A stretch of 64,000 nt of DNA. Source: Ranitomeya imitator (Eukaryota). The notes beneath the pieces were generated by a model. That model was given only the letters and a program-made list of their open reading frames with translations, was not told where the DNA came from and made no database searches. Each line of letters starts with the position of its first letter. Position 1 is the first letter of the stretch. This document shows, piece by piece, positions 1-12,779 of this stretch. The DNA lies in assembly GCF_032444005.1 (NCBI RefSeq), contig NC_091286.1:708474001-708538000 (forward strand), read 5' to 3'. The position numbers were made by a program, and so were the translations under genes.

Positions 1-914
1 TACACAGCATATAGGGGGCAGATAACACATGACCTGTAATATGGAGGATACACAGCATATAGGGGCAGATAACATAACCTGTAATATGGAGGATACACGG
101 CATATAGGGGCAGATAACACATGACCTGTAATATGGAGGATACACGGCATATAGGGGCAGATAACACATGACCTGTAATATGGAGGATACACGGCATATA
201 GGGGCAGATAACACATGACCTGTAATATGGAGGATACATAGTATATGGGGGCAAATATGTGACTTGTAACATGGAGGATACACGGTATCTAGGGGGCAGA
301 TAACATGTGACCTGTAATATGGAGGATACACGGCATATAGGGGCACATAACACATGACCTGTAATATGGAGGATACACGGCATATAGGGGCACATAACAC
401 ATGACCTGTAATATGGAGGATACACGGCATATAGGGGCAGATAACACATGACCTGTAATATGGAGGATACACGGCATATAGGGGCAGATAACACATGACC
501 TGTAATATGGAGGATACATAGTATATGGGGGCAAATATGTGACTTGTAACATGGAGGATACACGGTATCTAGGGGGCAGATAACATGCGACCTGTAATAT
601 GGAGGATGCATAGTACAATGTAGAATGTAAGTCCGCAAGGACAGGGTCCTCTCCCCTCTGCACCAGTCTGTCATTGTAAATTTGTTTACTGTTAACGTTA
701 TCTATAACCCTGTACGTAACACCTTTCTCACGTACAGTACCATGGAATTAATGGCGCTATATAAATAAATAATAATAATAATAGTACACGGAGGCAGATA
801 ACACATGACCTGTAATATGGAGGATATACCGTATACAGGGAGCAGATAACACATGACCTGTAATATGGAGGATATACCGTATACAGGGAGCAGATAACAC
901 ATGACCTGTAATAT
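1..914. repeat. ~47-bp minisatellite (gatacacggcatataggggcagataacacatgacctgtaatatggag)n, interrupted by an L2 tail
   Basis: Directly visible tandem units at 1-610 and 784-914. Confidence 0.95.
619..783 (+). mobile_element. L2 LINE 3' tail fragment
   Basis: Near-identical to the L2 3' end at 5123-5275 (gtagaatgtaagtccgcaaggacagg...(aat)n). Confidence 0.88.
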
Positions 915-3900
915 ACCTGTAACCATTTTGAATGGTTTTAGTTGAATGAAGCAGGTCAGATATGACTTTGGTCAGATGCGACATCATTTGAAGTGACATC
1001 TTTAAAGTGTAACATCAGAAATATACCTGAGTGGTAACCCATGGTATATTCTCCTTCATACTGTCATGTCCCGATCCATCTGCTTTCATCCACAGGTACG
1101 TCTGAACGGTCTCTTAATCCAGAATACACACTGCACCCCAGAATCCCATGGACTCCTGTTCCTCTGTTCTAACTGGTACGCTGCTGCTTTTTCCCTAACT
1201 TTAATTCCATGTATCATACTTAAAATTTACTGATTGCTGATTGATATATCCACGTTCCTCACACCTTCACACCTGGAGCAGGTCAGATATGACACCTTTA
1301 AAGTGTAACATCAGAAATATACCAGAAATAGTCCAAAAATCGGTCAAAAGGTAAGAATAATCACTGTCTTCTAATTTTACTTGCCTTCTTTTCTTCCCCT
1401 GCTCTTTAACCATGGTCACATTTGCCCTCACCGTTTTTGCTCCACTAATCCTCACTCTCCTTCGCTAACCCCAAACCCCTGCACCCTCGAACCAAATAAC
1501 TATCTCCCCCTCTCTCCTACCCCCCACCTTGCTTCATCCGCAGACCTGCTCCTTAACCTCAGACCTCTCCTGCTAAAACATGCTATAAGCCGACTGCTCT
1601 CCTTCACCCACCTGCTTTCCCTTTCTCTGCTCCTTCCCACTGCTGGCGACAAATCCCCCAATCCTGACCCCGCCTCACACATCCCACTAATCCTCACCCC
1701 TATCCTTTCCACACTAAGAGAAACTACCGCAACCCCTCACACTTAAAACCTGTGCCACTGACCCCCCACCCCCTTGCTTCCTCTCTCTGGGGCACTTTGG
1801 AATGTCTGCTCCGTCTGCAACAAGCTCCACGTGATCCACGATCTCTTTACTTCCCGCAACCTTTCTTTCCTGGCCCTCACTGAGACCTGGCTGACACCTC
1901 CTGACACGGCCTCCCCTGCTGCACTGAGTTACAGTGGCCTCCACTTTACCCACACTCCTCGCTCTGGCAACAAACACGGCGGAGGAGTGGGTTTCCTTCT
2001 CTCTAAAAACTGCTCCTTCAACCCTATCCAACCCCAACCCTCCTGTATCCTCCCTTCTTTCGAGGTTCACTCTGTCCATATCTACTCTCCCTCTAATCTC
2101 CAAATGGCTGTCATATACTGTCCGCCGGGCTCAGCCACTGCCTTCATTGAACAATTCTCCACCTGGCTTCTTCACTTCCTCTCTGCTGACATCCCCATCA
2201 TCATCATCATCATCATCATCGGTGACTTTAATATCCCTACTGACACCCACCAGCCAGCAGCCTCCAAACTACTGGCCCTTACTTCATCCTTTGGACTTAC
2301 TCAGTGGTCCTCCACAGCTACCACACAGATGGACATACACTAGACCTCATCTTAACCCGCCTCTGTTCCTTATCTACTCTCACAACCTCTCCCTTCCCCC
2401 TATCTGACCACCACCTACTCACCTTCTCATCCTTGTCTTCCTCACCCGCCCCGCACGTCCAGCCACTACCACATCCTCGCAGAAACCTCACACACTTAGA
2501 CATTCACAGACTCTCATCTTCCTCTGTCCTCCATAGCTTCACTCCACGACATGGACAGCGCCACCGCTTTCTATAACTTCACCCTCACATTAGCCATAGA
2601 CTCTCATGCATGGCAAAGTGCGACAAATCAGTAGGCAACCCAGGCATAACAATCTCACCAAAAAACTCCGACAAGCATCCAGAGTCGCGGAGCAGCGTTG
2701 GAAGAAAACACGCCTGCCAGACGACTTCACTGCTTTCAAACAAACTACACTTGCCTTCAAACTAGTCCTCACTTATGCTAAACAGATCTATTTCAGTAAC
2801 CTTGTATCTTCACTATCCTACAACCCAAAACAACTGTTCTCCGCCCACCACTGCCACCTCCAATTTCTCTCATCTCTTCCGAGGACTTTGTCACCTATTT
2901 CAAAAACCAGATCGACCAAACAAGGCAAACCTTTACTGTTCCACCACAACCACTCCATGTACCAGACCTCTGCCCTTCCCTAATAACCTCCCTCTCCAAC
3001 ATCACTGAAGAAAAGCTTACTCGCCTCTTTTCCAAATCACACCTCACCACCTGTGCATTTGACCCCATCCCTTCCCACCTACTCCCCTAACTCACTAACA
3101 CGCTCATTCCAGCCCTAACCCATCTCTTCAACCTATCCCTATCTTCTGGTACCTTCCCCTCTGCCTTCAAACATGCCACATCACACCCATCCTCAAAAAA
3201 CAAACCTTGACCCAACCGCTATGCCCAGCTATCGCCCCATATCACTGCTCCCATTTGCTTCAAAACTCCTTGAGCAGCATGTCCATGCTCAACTTTCCTC
3301 CCACCTCTCATCTAACTCTCTCCTTGACAACCTCCAATCTGGCTTCCGCCCCCACCACTCCACCGAAACTGCCCTGACCAAACGTACTAATGACTTACTC
3401 ACAGCCAAAGCTGACAGACAGTTCTCCATCCTCCTCCTTCTTGATCTGTCCTCTGCTTTCGACACAGTCGACCACTGCCTACTGCTACAGATTATTTCTT
3501 CCCTTGGAATCAAAGACCTTGCTCTGTCCTGGATTGCCTCATACATTTCGGACCGCACATTTAGTGTTTCCCACTCCCACACCACCTCCTCATCCCACCC
3601 TCTCTCTGTTGGAGTCCCTCAAGGCTCTGTCCAGGGCCCCTACTTTTTTTCATCTATACCCTTGGCCTAGGACAACTCAAAATCCCACGGCTTCCAGTAC
3701 CATCTGTATACGGACGACACTCAAATCTACCTCTCTGGCCCAGATGTCACCGCTCTGCTGTCCAGAATCCCAGAGTGTCTATCAGCCATAACCTCCTTCT
3801 TCAAGTCTCGCTTCCTAAAACTCAATGTAGAAAAACCTGAACTCATCATCTTTCCTCCCTACCCGACCTATCATTTATGGTAAACGGTATCACGCTAACT

Positions 3901-5272
3901 CCCGCACCTGAAATCCGCTGCCTCGGAGTAAGTCTCGACTCTGCCCTGTCTTTCAAACTGCACGTCCAAACTCTTGCCACCTCCTGTCGCCTCCAACTCA
4001 AAAATATTGCCAGAATCCATCCGTTCCTCAGCCCCCAATCAACTAAAACTCTTGTGCATGCCATCATCATCTCCCGCCTCGATTACTCCTCTGTGGCCTC
4101 CCCGCTAACTCTCTTGCACCACTCCTGTCTGTCCTCAACTCTGCTGCCCGGCTAATCCGCCTCTCTCCTCGCTACTCCCCTGCTTCTCCCCTCTGCAAAT
4201 CCCTCCACTGGCTCCCCATTCCCCAACGAATCCAGTTCAAACTACTAACACTGACCTACAAAGCCATCCACAACCTGCCCCTCCCTATATCTCTGAACTA
4301 ATCTCCCAATATCTTCCCTCGCGTAATCTCCGATCCTCCCAAAACCTCCTACTCTCCTCCACACTTATTCGTTCCTCACACAACCGCCTCCAAGATTTCT
4401 CCCGAATATCCCCCATCCTCTGGAATTCCATGCCTCAACACATCCGATTATTCACCACCCTCGGATCCTTCAGACGGAACCTGAAAACCCATCTCTTCAG
4501 GAAAGCCTACAGCCTGCAATAACCATTCTGCCGCCTCACCACCACCCGAGCAGCCGCCTCACCACCATCCGAGCTGCCGCCTCACCACCATCCGAGCTGC
4601 CGCCTCACCACCATCCGAGCTGCCGCCTCACCACCATCCGAGCTGCCGCCTCACCACCATCCGAGCTGCCGCCTCACCACCATCCGAGCTGCCGCCTCAC
4701 CACCATCCGAGCTGCCGCCTCACCACCATCCGAGCTGCCGCCTCACCACCATCCGAGCTGCTGCCGCCTCACCATCACCAGAGCTGCCGCCTCACCACCA
4801 TCCGAGCTGCCGCCTCACCACCATCCGAGCTGCCGCCTCACCACCATCCGAGCTGCCGCCTCACCACCATCCGAGCAGCCGCCTCACCATCACCAGAGCT
4901 GCCGCCTCACCACCATCCGAGCTGCTGCCTCACCACCAACCGAGCAGCTGCCTCACCACCATCCGAGCTGCTGCCTCACCACCATCCGAGCTGCCGCCTC
5001 ACCACCATCCGAGCTGCCGCCTCACCACCATCCGAGCTGCCGCCTCACCACCATCCGAGCTGCCGCCTCACCATCACCAGAGCTGCCACACTCCCAACCT
5101 TCTGTCTCTTCCCCATTATCCCGTAGAATGTAAGTCCGCAAGGACAGGATCCTCTCCCCTCTGTACCAGTCTGTCATTGTAAATTTGTTTACTGTAAATA
5201 ATATCTATAACTCTATGTAACCTCTTTCTCATGTACAGCACCATGGAATTAATGGTGCTATATAAATAATAA
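915..5272 (+). mobile_element. L2 (CR1/L2 clade) LINE, near full length, frameshifted ORF2 (APE endonuclease + RT)
   Basis: APE motifs (LWNVCSVCNK, LALTETWL, GGGVG, GDFN, SDHH), RT motifs ([43 protein letters not shown]), (AAT)n tail. The host minisatellite stops at TAATAT 909-914 and resumes at TAATAT 5273-5278 (candidate TSD). Confidence 0.92.
4520..5090 (+). repeat. 23-bp minisatellite (ccgagctgccgcctcaccaccat)n inside the L2 3' UTR
   Basis: About 24 directly visible units. Confidence 0.95.
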
Positions 5273-5360
5273 TAATATGGAGGATCAACGGTATAGAGGG
5301 GGCAGATTCTCTGGTTCTCTGTAAATCGAAGGGTAATATGATGGGTGCGAATATTTTCAC

Positions 5361-5459
5361 CTGCCGAGGATGTGGGGGTCAGAGTCCTCCTTTAAACCTT
5401 CTCTTCTGATGCAGAATGGAGGGGAGGTCGTCTGCAGGGGGAGATAGATCTCAGCCTCA
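5361..5459 (-). CDS. gtf3c2: gtf3c2 coding exon 7 (EAEIYLPLQTTSPPFCIRREGLKEDSDPHILGR)
   Basis: Aligns with human [33 protein letters not shown]; acceptor tttctttggcag|, donor AG|GTGAAA. Confidence 0.93.
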
Positions 5460-5847
5460 CTGCCAAAGAAACAGAAAAAACACTAAGCATACAACGCTTA
5501 GCCGGCAAAAAGGTGATGGTGCCCAAACACTCCAACACCACCAATCCTGAAGCTCAGCAGACAGTCAAGAGACCAGTGTGTGACCCAGTCTTCATGCAGA
5601 ATCAGACAAGGTCATGAGACCAGTGAGTGATCCACACCTCAGGCAGAATCTGACAGTCATGCAAAAAGCATGTGATCCATTTCTCAAACATGGAGCAGAC
5701 AGTCATAAGATTCCAGATGTGATCTAGACCTCAAACATGGATCAGACAAATTCATGAAAGCAGCATGTGATCCACAGCTGATCCTGCAGGTTCTGCACCC
5801 TGAAGGACCACACATGATGTCCCCTGCCACAGTCATACATATCTTAC

Positions 5848-5925
5848 CTGTGTGAAAGTAAATGCCATCTGTCCGCATGTGGGATCCATTCTGGGTACTC
5901 CCAGTCCGAGTACTGTGCTTCCCGG
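5848..5925 (-). CDS. gtf3c2: gtf3c2 coding exon 6 (REAQYSDWEYPEWIPHADRWHLLSHS)
   Basis: Aligns with human [25 protein letters not shown]; acceptor ctctcctctgtag|, donor AG|GTAAGA. Confidence 0.95.
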
Positions 5926-6000
5926 CTACAGAGGAGAGACAGACTTGTTAAGACAAGGGGCACACACAACGCAGTTCCACTAAACAGAAAGTTGTCTTAC

Positions 6001-6095
6001 AAGTCCATAGTGATCCGCGCAGAGCTCCACACCGGCGCCATGATGGTATTGTGCAGGCCGTTCTCAGCATAGCCTCTCACAAGAGAATGGACCTT
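6001..6095 (-). CDS. gtf3c2: gtf3c2 coding exon 5 (KVHSLVRGYAENGLHNTIMAPVWSSARITMDF)
   Basis: Aligns with human [26 protein letters not shown]; acceptor ttgttttccag|, donor TT|GTAAGA. Confidence 0.95.
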
Positions 6096-7430
6096 CTGGA
6101 AAACAAAAGGAATGGGTGGTCATCGAGAGAGGGAACTAAGAGGAACCGGCAATCTCCCTCTCCCATGAGTGGTGGCATGGTAACACCGTGATATTACTGA
6201 GGGATCATGTTCCTGTGACATCAACATTACCCCGGTCAGGCACAGGTAATCTGACAGCACAGATCAATTGGTTTCGTCTCTCTCTCCTCCACAAACTATG
6301 AGAAAATCTCCCCTTGCCAGTTATTTCCGGTCTTTACATGCTCTTTGAAGCTTGATCTCACAGTGTTACAGCAGACTTCTGTCTTCAGTGTTACAGCAGA
6401 CCTTCTGTGGAGCACATCTGACCTTGGTGGCTTCCGAAGCTCACTGCCCCTGAGCTCGTCTCACATTTGAAGGTTTGTACTTTCTCTTTTTATTCATCAC
6501 AATTGTTTATGTAGCTTGTTTTATGAATGAATAATGCATAATTACTTATGAATAAATTAATTAATAATGAATAATTTTGTGGAAATAAGTAGGGTTTTCT
6601 TAGAAGAGAGGGTGGCCTCTAAGGCACATTGCGTCCCCAAATGTACACTCTCTCTCGCTTCAGATTATCTGCTGAAATGGAAAGTAAAATGTATGACTTA
6701 TGTAACCCCCTTCGTGATGAAGAAATGAAGAATCTGCTGATGAATGATGATTAAGTCGCATCCACACAGAGTGAAGATCTAGGGGAAGAGAGTGACAAGT
6801 CACCTGAAGATGAGGTGGAAGAACGTAAAAGTGATTCAGAAACAGGGCAGGATGGTGCGGAGACTGATGAAGATGAACAAGATACAGATAACACCTATTA
6901 TTTGGGCAAAGATAAAAAGATCAAGTGGGCAAGAAGCCACTTACAGCATTAGCCGAAAAACCAAGCGCTGGCCAATGGACATCTTCGCGATCTTGAATGT
7001 GCGTGGTATCAATACACAAGTGATTTACCTCGGTTATCAACTGCAACCATTGTGTAGAATTTACCTGGAAACTTTGGCTAGTGAACTGGTGGGTGGCGAG
7101 CTACGCCGAAGACGTCTGCAGATGAGTGGAATCGCATGTAGCCTGAAAGATTTCATCCCAAAGATGATCGAAAAAAAATCCCCACCTCCCAAAAGTCGTA
7201 GATGCAACACCTGCCCCGTTGAAAATGGTGGCAGAAGGATGTCAAATTATGAATGCAAAAATGTCACAACGCGATCTGCCTGACCCATGCAAATATCATC
7301 TGATAGCTTTGTTTCTGTGTTTCTTCTGATGGACATGTAACCTCTGAATATGAGTGAATAACAATCTAGTAGCATCTGGTGCATTATCATTAAGTTTTTA
7401 TTCCCTAATTTTAATGTTCAGTAATAGCTA

Positions 7431-9001
7431 CTAACAGCTAAATCTAATGGTCACTACTCCATGCTAATTCTCTTGGATCTCTCTGCAGCATTCGACACTG
7501 TGGATCATCAGCTCCTCCTCACTATGCTCCGCTCCATCGGCCTCAAGGACACCGTTCTCTCCTGGTTCTCCTCCTATCTCTCTGACCGATCCTTCACTGT
7601 ATGTTTTGCTGGTTCCTCCTCCTCTCACCTTCCCCTTACTGTTGGGGTTCCTCAAGGATCAGTCCTAGGCCCCCTACTCTTCTCGTTGTATACTGCCCCT
7701 ATTGGACAAACAATCAGTAGATTTGGTTTCCAGTACCATCTCTATGCTGACGACACCCAATTATACACTTCTGCTCCCGATATCACACCGACCTTTTTAG
7801 AAAACACCAGTGATTGTCTTACCGCTGTCTCTAACATCATGTTCTCCCTCTATCTGAAACTAAACCTGTCAAAAACTGAACTCCTCGTGTTCTCTCCCTC
7901 TACTAACCTACCTTTGCCTGACATTGCCATCTCCGTGTGCGGTTCCACCATTACTCCAAAGCAACATGCCCGCTGCCTTGGGGTCATCCTTGATTCTGAC
8001 CTTTCATTCACCCCCTACATCCGATCACTGGCTCGCTCTTCTTACCTGCATCTCAAAAACATTTCTAGAATTCGCCCTTTTCTTAATTTCGACTCTGCAA
8101 AAACTCTGACTGTTTCACTTATTCATTCTCGTCTGGACTATTGTAACTCTCTACTAATCGGTCTCCCTCTTGCAAAACTCTCCCCGCTCCAATCTGTCCT
8201 GAATGCTGCAGCCAGGATCATATTCCTCACCAACCGTTACACCGATGCCTCTACCCTGTGCCAGTCATTACACTGGCTACCCATCCACTCCAGAATCCAG
8301 TACAAAACTACTACCCTCATCCACAAAGCACTCCATGGCTCAGCACCACCCTACATCTCCTCCCTGGTATCAGTCTACCACCCTACCCGTGCCCTCCGCT
8401 CCGCTAATGACCTCAGGTTAGCATCCTCAATAATCAGAACCTCCCACTCCCGTCTCCAAGACTTTACACGTGCTGCGCCGATTCTTTGGAATGCACTACC
8501 TAGGTTAATACGATTAATCCCCAATCCCCACAGTTTTAAGCGTGCCCTAAAAACTCATTTGTTCAGACTGGCCTACCGCCTCAATGCATTAACCTAACGA
8601 TCCCTGTGTGGCCTATTTATAATAAAAAAAAAAAAAAAAAAAAAAAAGGTTCCTCGCATCATGTTCTCATACACTTTATGCAGTATTAGCCCTCTGTGTC
8701 TGTACTGCTACATACTTAGGCTGATAACTGGTTCATGCAGCTTTACATGAACACCTGAGCCTTACACTATAGCTGGTCCGAATAACTAAAGCAATTGTTA
8801 CCATCCACCTCTCGTGTCTCCCCTTTTCCCCATAGTTTGTAAGCTTGCGAGCAGGGCCCTCATTCCTCCTGGTATCTGTTTTGAACTGTATTTCTGTTAT
8901 GCTGTAATGTCTATTGTCTGTACAAGTCCCCTCTATAATTTGTAAAGCGCTGCGGAATATGTTGGCGCTATATAAATAAAATTATTATTATTATTATTAT
9001 T
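7431..9001 (+). mobile_element. 5'-truncated L2 LINE with an intact RT C-terminal frame (7461-8597)
   Basis: [26 protein letters not shown]; (ATT)n tail; 7-bp TSD ATAGCTA at 7424-7430 and 9002-9008. Confidence 0.95.
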
Positions 9002-9039
9002 ATAGCTATGTCATGGAAACTGGAGGCTATTTGACGGTA

Positions 9040-9860
9040 GTTGAGAAATGTGCCACTTTTTGTTTTAACGTCATACAGTAGAGGACATCTCACTTTCATA
9101 TTGCTTGTAGCATCTAGTGTGTTATAGAGGTCTGTTCCAGAGGTCCACCGAAAAAATCTTCTGTTACTAACGTCACACAGTAGGCGACATCTCACTTTCA
9201 AATTGTTTATATTATCTAGTGTGTTATAGATGCCTATTCCATAGGCCACCAAAAATTCTTTTTGTTACCAACATCATACAGTAGGCGACATCTCACTTTC
9301 AAATTGTTTATATCATCTAGTGTTATAGAGGCCTATTCCATAGGCCACAGAAAAATTATTCTGTTACTAAAGTCATACAGTAGGCAACATCTCACTTTTA
9401 AATTGTTTGTAGCATACAGTGTGTTATAGAGGCCTGTTCCAGAGGCCACCAAAAATTCCTTCTGTTACTAACATCATACAGTAGGGGACCTCTCACTTTC
9501 AAATTGTTTGTAGCATTTAGTGTTATAGAGGTCTGTTCCAGAGGTCCCCCAAAATTCTTCTGTTACTAACGTCATACAGTAGGGGACATCTCACTTTCAA
9601 ATTGTTTGTAGCATCTAGTGTGTTATAGAGGCCTGATCCAGAGACCACAGAAAAATTATTCTGTTACTAACGTCATACAGTAGGCAACATCTCACTTTCA
9701 AATTCTTTGTATCATCTAGTGTGTTATAGAGGCCACTAAAAAATTCTTCTGTTACTAACATTATACAGTAGGGGACATCTCACTTTCAAATTGTTTGTAG
9801 AATCTAGTGTGTAAGAGGCCTGATCCAGAGGCCACCAAAAAGTTATTTTGTTATTAATAT
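9040..9860. repeat. ~100-bp tandem repeat, about 8 copies
   Basis: ctgttactaacgtcatacagtagg...ctcactttcaaattgttt recurs about every 100 bp. Confidence 0.9.
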
Positions 9861-10159
9861 GTTTATGGTCATTAAATGTTTGTTTGTTTGTTTTGGGGGG
9901 GCATCTGATTTTGTGTACTGTCTTTTAATACATCCCTATGAGGGTCACAGATTACTATTAGAGTCTTGGAATTGAGATAGTTAGATGTTATAGATAGTTT
10001 TATAACCTCTGCCTGTCAGGCACACTGCACCTGAACTCGGGAGTGCCAGAGGTGCACCTCACAGAGGGTTAACAAAGGAGTCCAAAAAAAAAAAATCAAA
10101 GACAAGAACAAGGGCAACCACTGACATTACAGTGGAGACAAAACTTATAATTACTACAT

Positions 10160-11345
10160 CCTGGAGAGGCAGCAAGAAGCAGAGCGAGAGAGGCGGAAAG
10201 AGGAAAAGAGGGGGGGAAGTATAGAAGAGGAGAGAGGCTGGAAGAGGAAGGGAAGAGAGGAAGGGAAGAGAGGAAAAGAGTAAAGAAGAACGGCAGAGAA
10301 GTGGGGAGAGGAAGTAAGGAGGAAGGGGAGAGAGGCAGAGAGAGAAACAGGAGGAGCAAAAAAGCATATAGAGGAAAAAGAGAGGCAGGGTGAGGAAAAG
10401 AGTGGCAAAAAACTATAGCAGAGGAGAGAGAATGGGAGAGGAAGGAGAGCGGGAAAGAGTAAGGAAGAAAGGGAAAGAGTAAGGAAGAAAGGGAGAGAAA
10501 TGGGGACTGGAACGAAGGAGGATGGGGAGAAAGACCGGGAGAGAAACGGGAGATGGGCAAAAAATAGTAGAAAAGAAAAGGAGAGAGGCAGGAGAGGAAT
10601 GAGAAAAAGATGGAAAGAGAAATGGGAGAGGGGCAAAAAATGTAGAGAAGAAAAGGAGAGAAGCAGGAGAGGAAGGAAGAAGGGGAGAGAGGAAGGGAGA
10701 CGTAGAAAAAGAAAACATGAAAGGAGGAGCGTCTGGGAGCGCAAGCAAGAAAGGGAGGCTGGGAAAGGAAGCAGGGAGGCTGGGAAAGGAAGCAAGGGGC
10801 AGAGCAAAAACAAAAGTAAGAGTGGGAAGAGAGAAGGAAGACGGAATGGTTGGAAGAAGGAAAGGGAGAGAGGCAGAAAAAGGAATGGGAAATGAAGAGA
10901 GGCTGGAAGAGTAAAGACAGCGAAAAAACAGAGAGGCAGGGAGAGTAAGGAAGAAGGGGAGAGAGTAAGGAAAAGGGGGAAAAAGGAAAGAAAGAGTGGA
11001 GGAAAAAAGGCAGAAGGGGAGGAAGACTGGGAGAAGGAAAAGGAGGGAAAGAGAAAGAGCCCAGCAAAGGGAAGGAAGAAGTGGAGGGAGGTTGGGAGAG
11101 TAAGAATGGGAGAGTCATGGAGAGGGAGGAGAAAGTGAAGCAGGGTAGGAAGAGAGGCATAGAGAGGAAGAAGAAAGGAATGAGAGGTTGGGAAAGAAAG
11201 GAAAGCTAGAGGTGGGAAGAGAAAAGAAAGAGAAAATGAAGAAAAGCTGGGAAAGGAATGGAGAAGGAAGGGGCAGAGGAAAAACAAAAGAAAGAGGAAA
11301 AGGAGAGCTGAGGAAGTGGAGGATGGAGAGGAAGGCCAAATCTTG
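10160..11345. repeat. Polypurine (GA-rich) low-complexity tract
   Basis: Almost exclusively G/A on the plus strand. Confidence 0.95.
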
Positions 11346-12030
11346 AAAAGCAAATAGCACCATCTGATTTTTGGAATGCAAACTTGGACACCATGTTGTA
11401 TTTGTAGAGCCCCTAAGGTGACAAAAAAGCAGAAACACCCACAATTAACGACATTTGGCAAATTAATCCCCATGGGGAGTTCATCTATGGGTGTAGTGAG
11501 TCATGTTTATCCAACAAACTACATCACAGAATTTTAGAAGATTGACCCGTGAAAACACAGTGTGCCCCCCATATGGTGTAGCGCCATCAAAAATTGTATT
11601 CCCATACAGTGTAGTGACCCCTATACATTGTGACGCCACACAATGTAGAGCCCCCAAATATTGTAGTTCCCCCATACACTGTAAAGCCCCTATAAATTGG
11701 GGCCACATATATCGTAGCGACCCCGTTAATTGTGCCCAGCTTGTACTTTCGGTGACATGCACCCGTAAAGTGTTAAGTGCTCTCTCCACTACAGTAATGG
11801 TAAACATGCTGCCGCTTACTGGGGGGACTCAGAAGGAGGGGGGCATTTGGATTTGGCAGCACATATTTAACTGGATTTCATTTGAGGGGGGTTTGGGAGA
11901 CGTGACGCTTTTCCAGAGACTTCGCTCTCTCCAGTGACAGGTGACGGACCTGAGTGGGGGCTGGTTTTGTGCGGGATAAGTTAAAGGTTTTTATTGACAA
12001 CATTTTGGGGTACTTAACATTTTTTTATTG
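11346..12030. mobile_element. Probable non-autonomous DNA-transposon-derived interspersed repeat
   Basis: Internal short repeats (tgtagagcccc, ccccatacactg) and resemblance to common anuran repeats; termini not resolved. Confidence 0.35.
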
Positions 12031-12779
12031 CTTTTAGTATACCGCTGTCAAAATGAGGCAGATGGAGACACTTTGGACTCCATTTGGCGTCTGTTTTAGT
12101 AGTTTCCATCTTTTTAAGGAATCACCGAACTTTGGTCAACTACATTTGTGCGCTTAACAGACACCTAAAATGATGGGGCACCCCCTGAAGAGAGACCAGA
12201 TGGAGTCCAAAGTGACTCCATGTTCCTCATAAGTGAGTGGTTCCATTGGGGGTTTTGTCTGAATTGCTGTGTTGGGAATGTAAGAGGGTGTAAGCGCTCA
12301 GCGGAGAGCACAGGATAAATGGGAGCTGAGCCTCATTCTGATTTTTGGGAGGTGGAAAGAACATAGACAGCAGTACAAGAACAGTTCTTATTTATATTTT
12401 TGTGCAGTATAAGTGATGAGATGACATTATTCATCAGGTCAGTGCGATTACAGTGGGAGAGCAGGAGTTATTTATCTATCCTGACTCCATTTTGGTTATT
12501 CTACATGCATCTCCTTGCTTTCCAAAATGGAGTCTATGTTTCGAGATAAGGGGTTCTTGTAATTTCTTTGTCTAACAGGACTTCGAGATAACAGGAAAGT
12601 GAAAGTAAAGACGCGAGAACCACACCGAGGGTGTCGATGGTGTTAACTTTATCCAATGAGATGTATGTATGATAGTGCCAGCAGATATGGAGAAATAAGC
12701 TGATCCAATTATACTGCTACAATGTATTCCCAATAAAAATATATATAAAACCTTACCAATGATGTAATAAAGAGTTCTG

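Larger units (their letters stand above)
6401..10068 (+). mobile_element. Internally deleted piggyBac-like transposon with a nested L2 and a tandem array
   Basis: Acidic N-terminus plus YYLGKDKKIKW joined directly to TYSISRKTKRWPM...GINTQVIY and a Cys-rich C-terminus. Right end ...cacagaggg|TTAA at 10068-10072; degenerate left TIR ccttctgtgg at 6401. Confidence 0.65.

Noticed and set aside
1267-1455. Minus-strand ORF (YSYLLTDFWTISGIF...) as the next gtf3c2 exon
   Set aside because: No match to the expected [20 protein letters not shown] sequence, and it lies within the L2 5' region.
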